64,000 bases of DNA from Orbicella franksi. Lineage: Eukaryota. Positions 60,831 through 64,000 of this stretch are shown here, piece after piece. The notes below the pieces were generated by a model that was not told where the DNA came from, made no database searches, and saw nothing but the letters and a program-made list of their open reading frames with translations. Location of the stretch: contig OZ116698.1 in assembly GCA_964199315.1 (NCBI GenBank), positions 13,082,001-13,146,000 of the forward strand, read 5' to 3'. The position numbers and the translations under genes were made by a program. Each line of letters opens with the position of its first letter. The first letter of the stretch is position 1.

Positions 60831-63449
60831 ATGGTTCACTGCATTGCCGTAGGCTGTTCCAATAGATCACCTAGAGATTCTAAAAGAGGAATAAGCTTTC
60901 ATCACCTTCCTTTAAAAGATAAAGGCCTTTTAAGCAAATGGCTTGCTCAGATAAAGAGAGAAAATTTGCCCCAAATGAAGCACTGCCACGTCTGTTCCGA
61001 ACACTTTGAGCCCACGTGTTTTGCAAGTGAGTACCGACTAGATATTTTGCCAGACAATTTAAGCAGACGTCGCTTAAAAGAGGATGCCGTTCCAACTTTG
61101 TTTCAACACACAAAAAAGTTAAGCCTAAGGCCGTCCAGCGAGCGCCGAAGAAATAGAGCTCTACACGAAGAGGTAAGTCATGTATTCGCGGTGTAAAACT
61201 GACTCTACTGATATGACCTGACGTGACCTTTTGGCCGCCGTGTTACTTTTCTGGCAAGCAAGCTTTAAACAAATTATCCTTCGTTCACAAGATTGTATTT
61301 GCTATTTTAGGCCCTCAATCAAATACTGGATGCTTGTGATAGTAATTCGCAAGAGTCGGGCCAATCCAGAGCGAAAGTCGCGCAGCCTTTTCAAGATGCA
61401 AATGTCACGACTTCTGCGGTTCCTGATTACAATGTCAGTCAGACTTTCGGTGACAAAGAAAAACCACAAAGGAAGAGGAGAAAAGTACCTATTTCAAAGA
61501 TAGTTTTGGTGGATGCCTCTACTGACACTGAAATAACAATGGTGGACCAAGCTTGTCAAACAGATTTACCTTTTGTTGTGCATTCAGCTCATAAATTTAA
61601 ATCCATTCCCTTAGCAGACGTTCGTCACGCTGTAGCGAATGACCACAGCTATGCCGCTCTCTTAAGTGATTCCCCTGTTGTGCCCGCTGAGCAAGTCCCT
61701 AGGGTTTCTGGCAAAGATTTTCCAGAATGCAAGAGGACGTTGGATTTCTCCGAAATTGACACATTGGATTTTCCTCAAATTGACTGCCAAGAAGAGGAAA
61801 TTGAAGATGAGTGGATTCCATCCGATGTTTCAGATCATGAAGAATCGGACATGTCGGACCTAAGTGATTATGAAGTTAGCGAATTTAGTGAAAGTTTCGA
61901 CTCCGAAGACGAGGATTTCGATATAAAAACTGAAATTCCTGACGATGACGAGGAAAAGGAGTCCACGAACTGGCTTAATGAAGATTGCGGTGATCTTCAC
62001 CAAGAGCGAAAGTTCTTGGTATTTGAAAGCAAACTAAAAGAGCTTTTTTCTCGTCACGTGCACTGTCCAAACTGTGGACGGAACTTGGAAAAAGCATCAT
62101 TAAAAACCAAGGGGTCTCTTGCGACTATTGAATGCCTTGGTTGCTGTGATCAACCATTACGATGGCAAACACAGCCGTTTGTAAGTTCAATGGCCGCTGG
62201 AAATTTGCTGTTCAGCGCTGGAATTCTATTTACCGGCAACGATTACAGCAATATTGCTAATTTTACAAAGGCAACCAACGTCCAATTTTTTAGCCAGAGA
62301 AATTTTAGCTCAACTCAGAAAAAGTACCTCTTCCCCATTGTTAACAAAAAATTTGCTGAGCATCAAGTGGATATTCTTAATGAAGTGAGAAACACCGAGG
62401 TTGTAGCAGGAGGTGATGGTCGTTGTGACAGCCCAGGCCACTCGGCTAAATACGGCACGTACAGCATTGTGAACACAGCTTTATCTAAAGTTCTTGACTT
62501 CTCTCTGGTCCAGGTAACAGAGGTCAAAAATTCAAATGCGATGGAGCTGGAGGGCCTAAAACGTTGCCTAGATCACCTACAACGGGAACAAGTGGCTATT
62601 GCAAAGCTTGCTACAGATAGGCACGTGCAAGTCAGAGCGCACATGAAAAAAGAGAGGCCGCACATCAAACACAACTTCGATGTTTGGCATTTAGCAAAGT
62701 CTGTTCAGAAGAAGCTATCCAAAAAGGCTCAATCAAAGCCATGTGCGGCATTGAAACCCTGGATACACTCCATCATAACTCACCTCTGGTGGTGTGCAAA
62801 AACCTCGCAGGGCAATGCTACCGACTGCGTGGAACGATGGAAATCCATCGTTTACCACACGGCTAATATCCACCACTGGGACGGATGTCAGCATTTCCAC
62901 CAGTGTGCACACCCACCCATCCCAAGAGAAACAGAGAGAAGGAAAGACTGGTTAAAGGTTGGAAGCCCCGCTCATGACACCCTGAAGGAGGTAGCCTTGA
63001 ACAAGTCGCTTCTGAAGGACATCGGCATGCTAGCCGAGTTTATCCACACGGGCGTTTTAGAAATGTACCATGGCCTCATGGCAAAGAAGTACTGCCAAAA
63101 AGTGCAGCACTACTCATATGATGGCATGAGGGCTCGCACCCAGTTAGCTGTTCTTGACCACAACCACAATGTAAGAAGGAGCCAAGGCCAAACCAAGGAG
63201 GGTGCAAAGAAACACAAATTTGTCTCCCCCAAGGGAAGTGTTGGGTGGATTGCAAAGCCGCAATACGAGGAAAAATCGTACGCATTTTTAAATGATTTAA
63301 TGGTTTCTCTCCTTGCATTCAAGAAAGGTGACATTGAAGTTCCCCTGCTACCTCCCAAACCCGCCGCCGCGAACATCGCTCCAACCCCCAGGCCACCCAA
63401 GAACGACTTGCTAGAGAAGCACAGATCTCGTTTTAATACAGGAAACTAA
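60831..63449 (+). CDS. Kolobok transposase, THAP zinc finger + DDE domain, 826 aa, 2 exons
   Basis: Exon 60831-61172 is a THAP domain (MVHCIAVGCSN...FHHLP...KW...VCSEHF...LKEDAVPTLF). Phase-0 GT-AG intron, then exon 61311-63449 open with no stop. Core motifs: GGDGRCDSPGHSAKYGTY, SNAMELEG, ATDRH, HNFDVWH, HTGVLEMYHG, RTQLAVLDHNHN. Confidence 0.88.
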
Positions 63450-63464
63450 CTGAATGATTTATAT

Positions 63465-63675
63465 TTAATTTCTAACAATCTCCTGTATCCAGGATAATTC
63501 CACTTCTGAGTAACTTTCATCAGGGGTGCGAAAGCCCGTGTAATTCCCATCTGCGTTTGGATACACGGCTCGTATTGCTTTCACTACACAAGCAGGGATT
63601 ACTTTTCTCACGTATCTCCCCAGTCTGTCATGTACCCACCAAGTAAACTGGCGGTAAGCTGCGTAACGATAATTG
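63465..63675 (-). CDS. KolX-like accessory protein, last exon (P2X7 C-terminal ballast / nanor-like motif)
   Basis: Acceptor TTTTCTTTTTGCAG ends at 63676. Peptide NYRYAAYRQFTWWVHDRLGRYVRKVIPACVVKAIRAVYPNADGNYTGF matches the RYxAYRxF...LG...R..IP.C.V..IR..(F/Y)P.....Y.GF motif. Upstream exons were not found in the window. Confidence 0.8.
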
Positions 63676-64000
63676 CTGCAAAAAGAAAACATACGAATGA
63701 AACGTGTATTGCAAAATCTTTTCAAATTTGCTCAAGTTTGATGGAAAGGAAGGCTGAAAGGTTATTGCAATTGCCGTGACAATTTGCTATCACCCGCTGA
63801 TCGGGGTGTAGCTACACAGAACTGTCAGTCGCTTCTGTTTATTAATTTCATTTCGTAGAACCTACGGGAAATTTTGGCAATGGCCGTGTGTGTAAAATGT
63901 ACTCGACTGAGTTCAATGAACGAATAATTGTTTCACTAAGTCTACAGTTACTGAAACGATTCGTGTAGTTTAGCTACTTATATCTTTCAAAATTGTGTTG

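Larger units (their letters stand above)
60576..64000 (+). mobile_element. Kolobok DNA transposon, apparently autonomous; right end outside window
   Basis: Left end TTAA|AGGAGAACGG (TTAA at 60572-60575). Encodes a THAP-DDE transposase and a convergent KolX-type gene, which is the known Kolobok layout. Lies upstream of the 59870 STX6 acceptor, with no STX6 exon found in between. Confidence 0.8.

Overview
AT-rich, intron-containing animal genomic DNA. The repeat content (palindromic MITEs, Penelope-type hammerhead relics, Kolobok) suggests a scleractinian coral or related cnidarian; this is an inference. Splicing by hand (canonical splice sites except one proposed GC-AG intron, frame-consistent) gives seven host genes: EXD3/mut-7 (minus, runs off the left edge) head-to-head with TXNL4B, then a FATP (SLC27A1/4-like), an intronless DAXX, WDR47, a KIAA1614-like PDZ gene (minus) and the last three exons of STX6 (minus; absent from the ORF track). 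From memory of human gene positions, six of the seven have orthologs or paralogs in the MHC paralogon (1p13/1q21-25, 6p21.3, 9q34, 19p13), and KIAA1614-STX6 are neighbours in human too. An apparently intact THAP-DDE Kolobok transposon with its KolX partner gene sits in an STX6 intron and runs off the right edge. Other mobile DNA includes a nested DNA-transposon pair, an L1/Tx1 fragment inserted at the axis of a palindromic repeat, 6-bp-TSD elements, and an inverted pair of minimal hammerhead-like motifs with a U3-A8 core. No tRNA, rRNA or CRISPR array was seen. All family assignments come from motif recognition by eye, not database searches.
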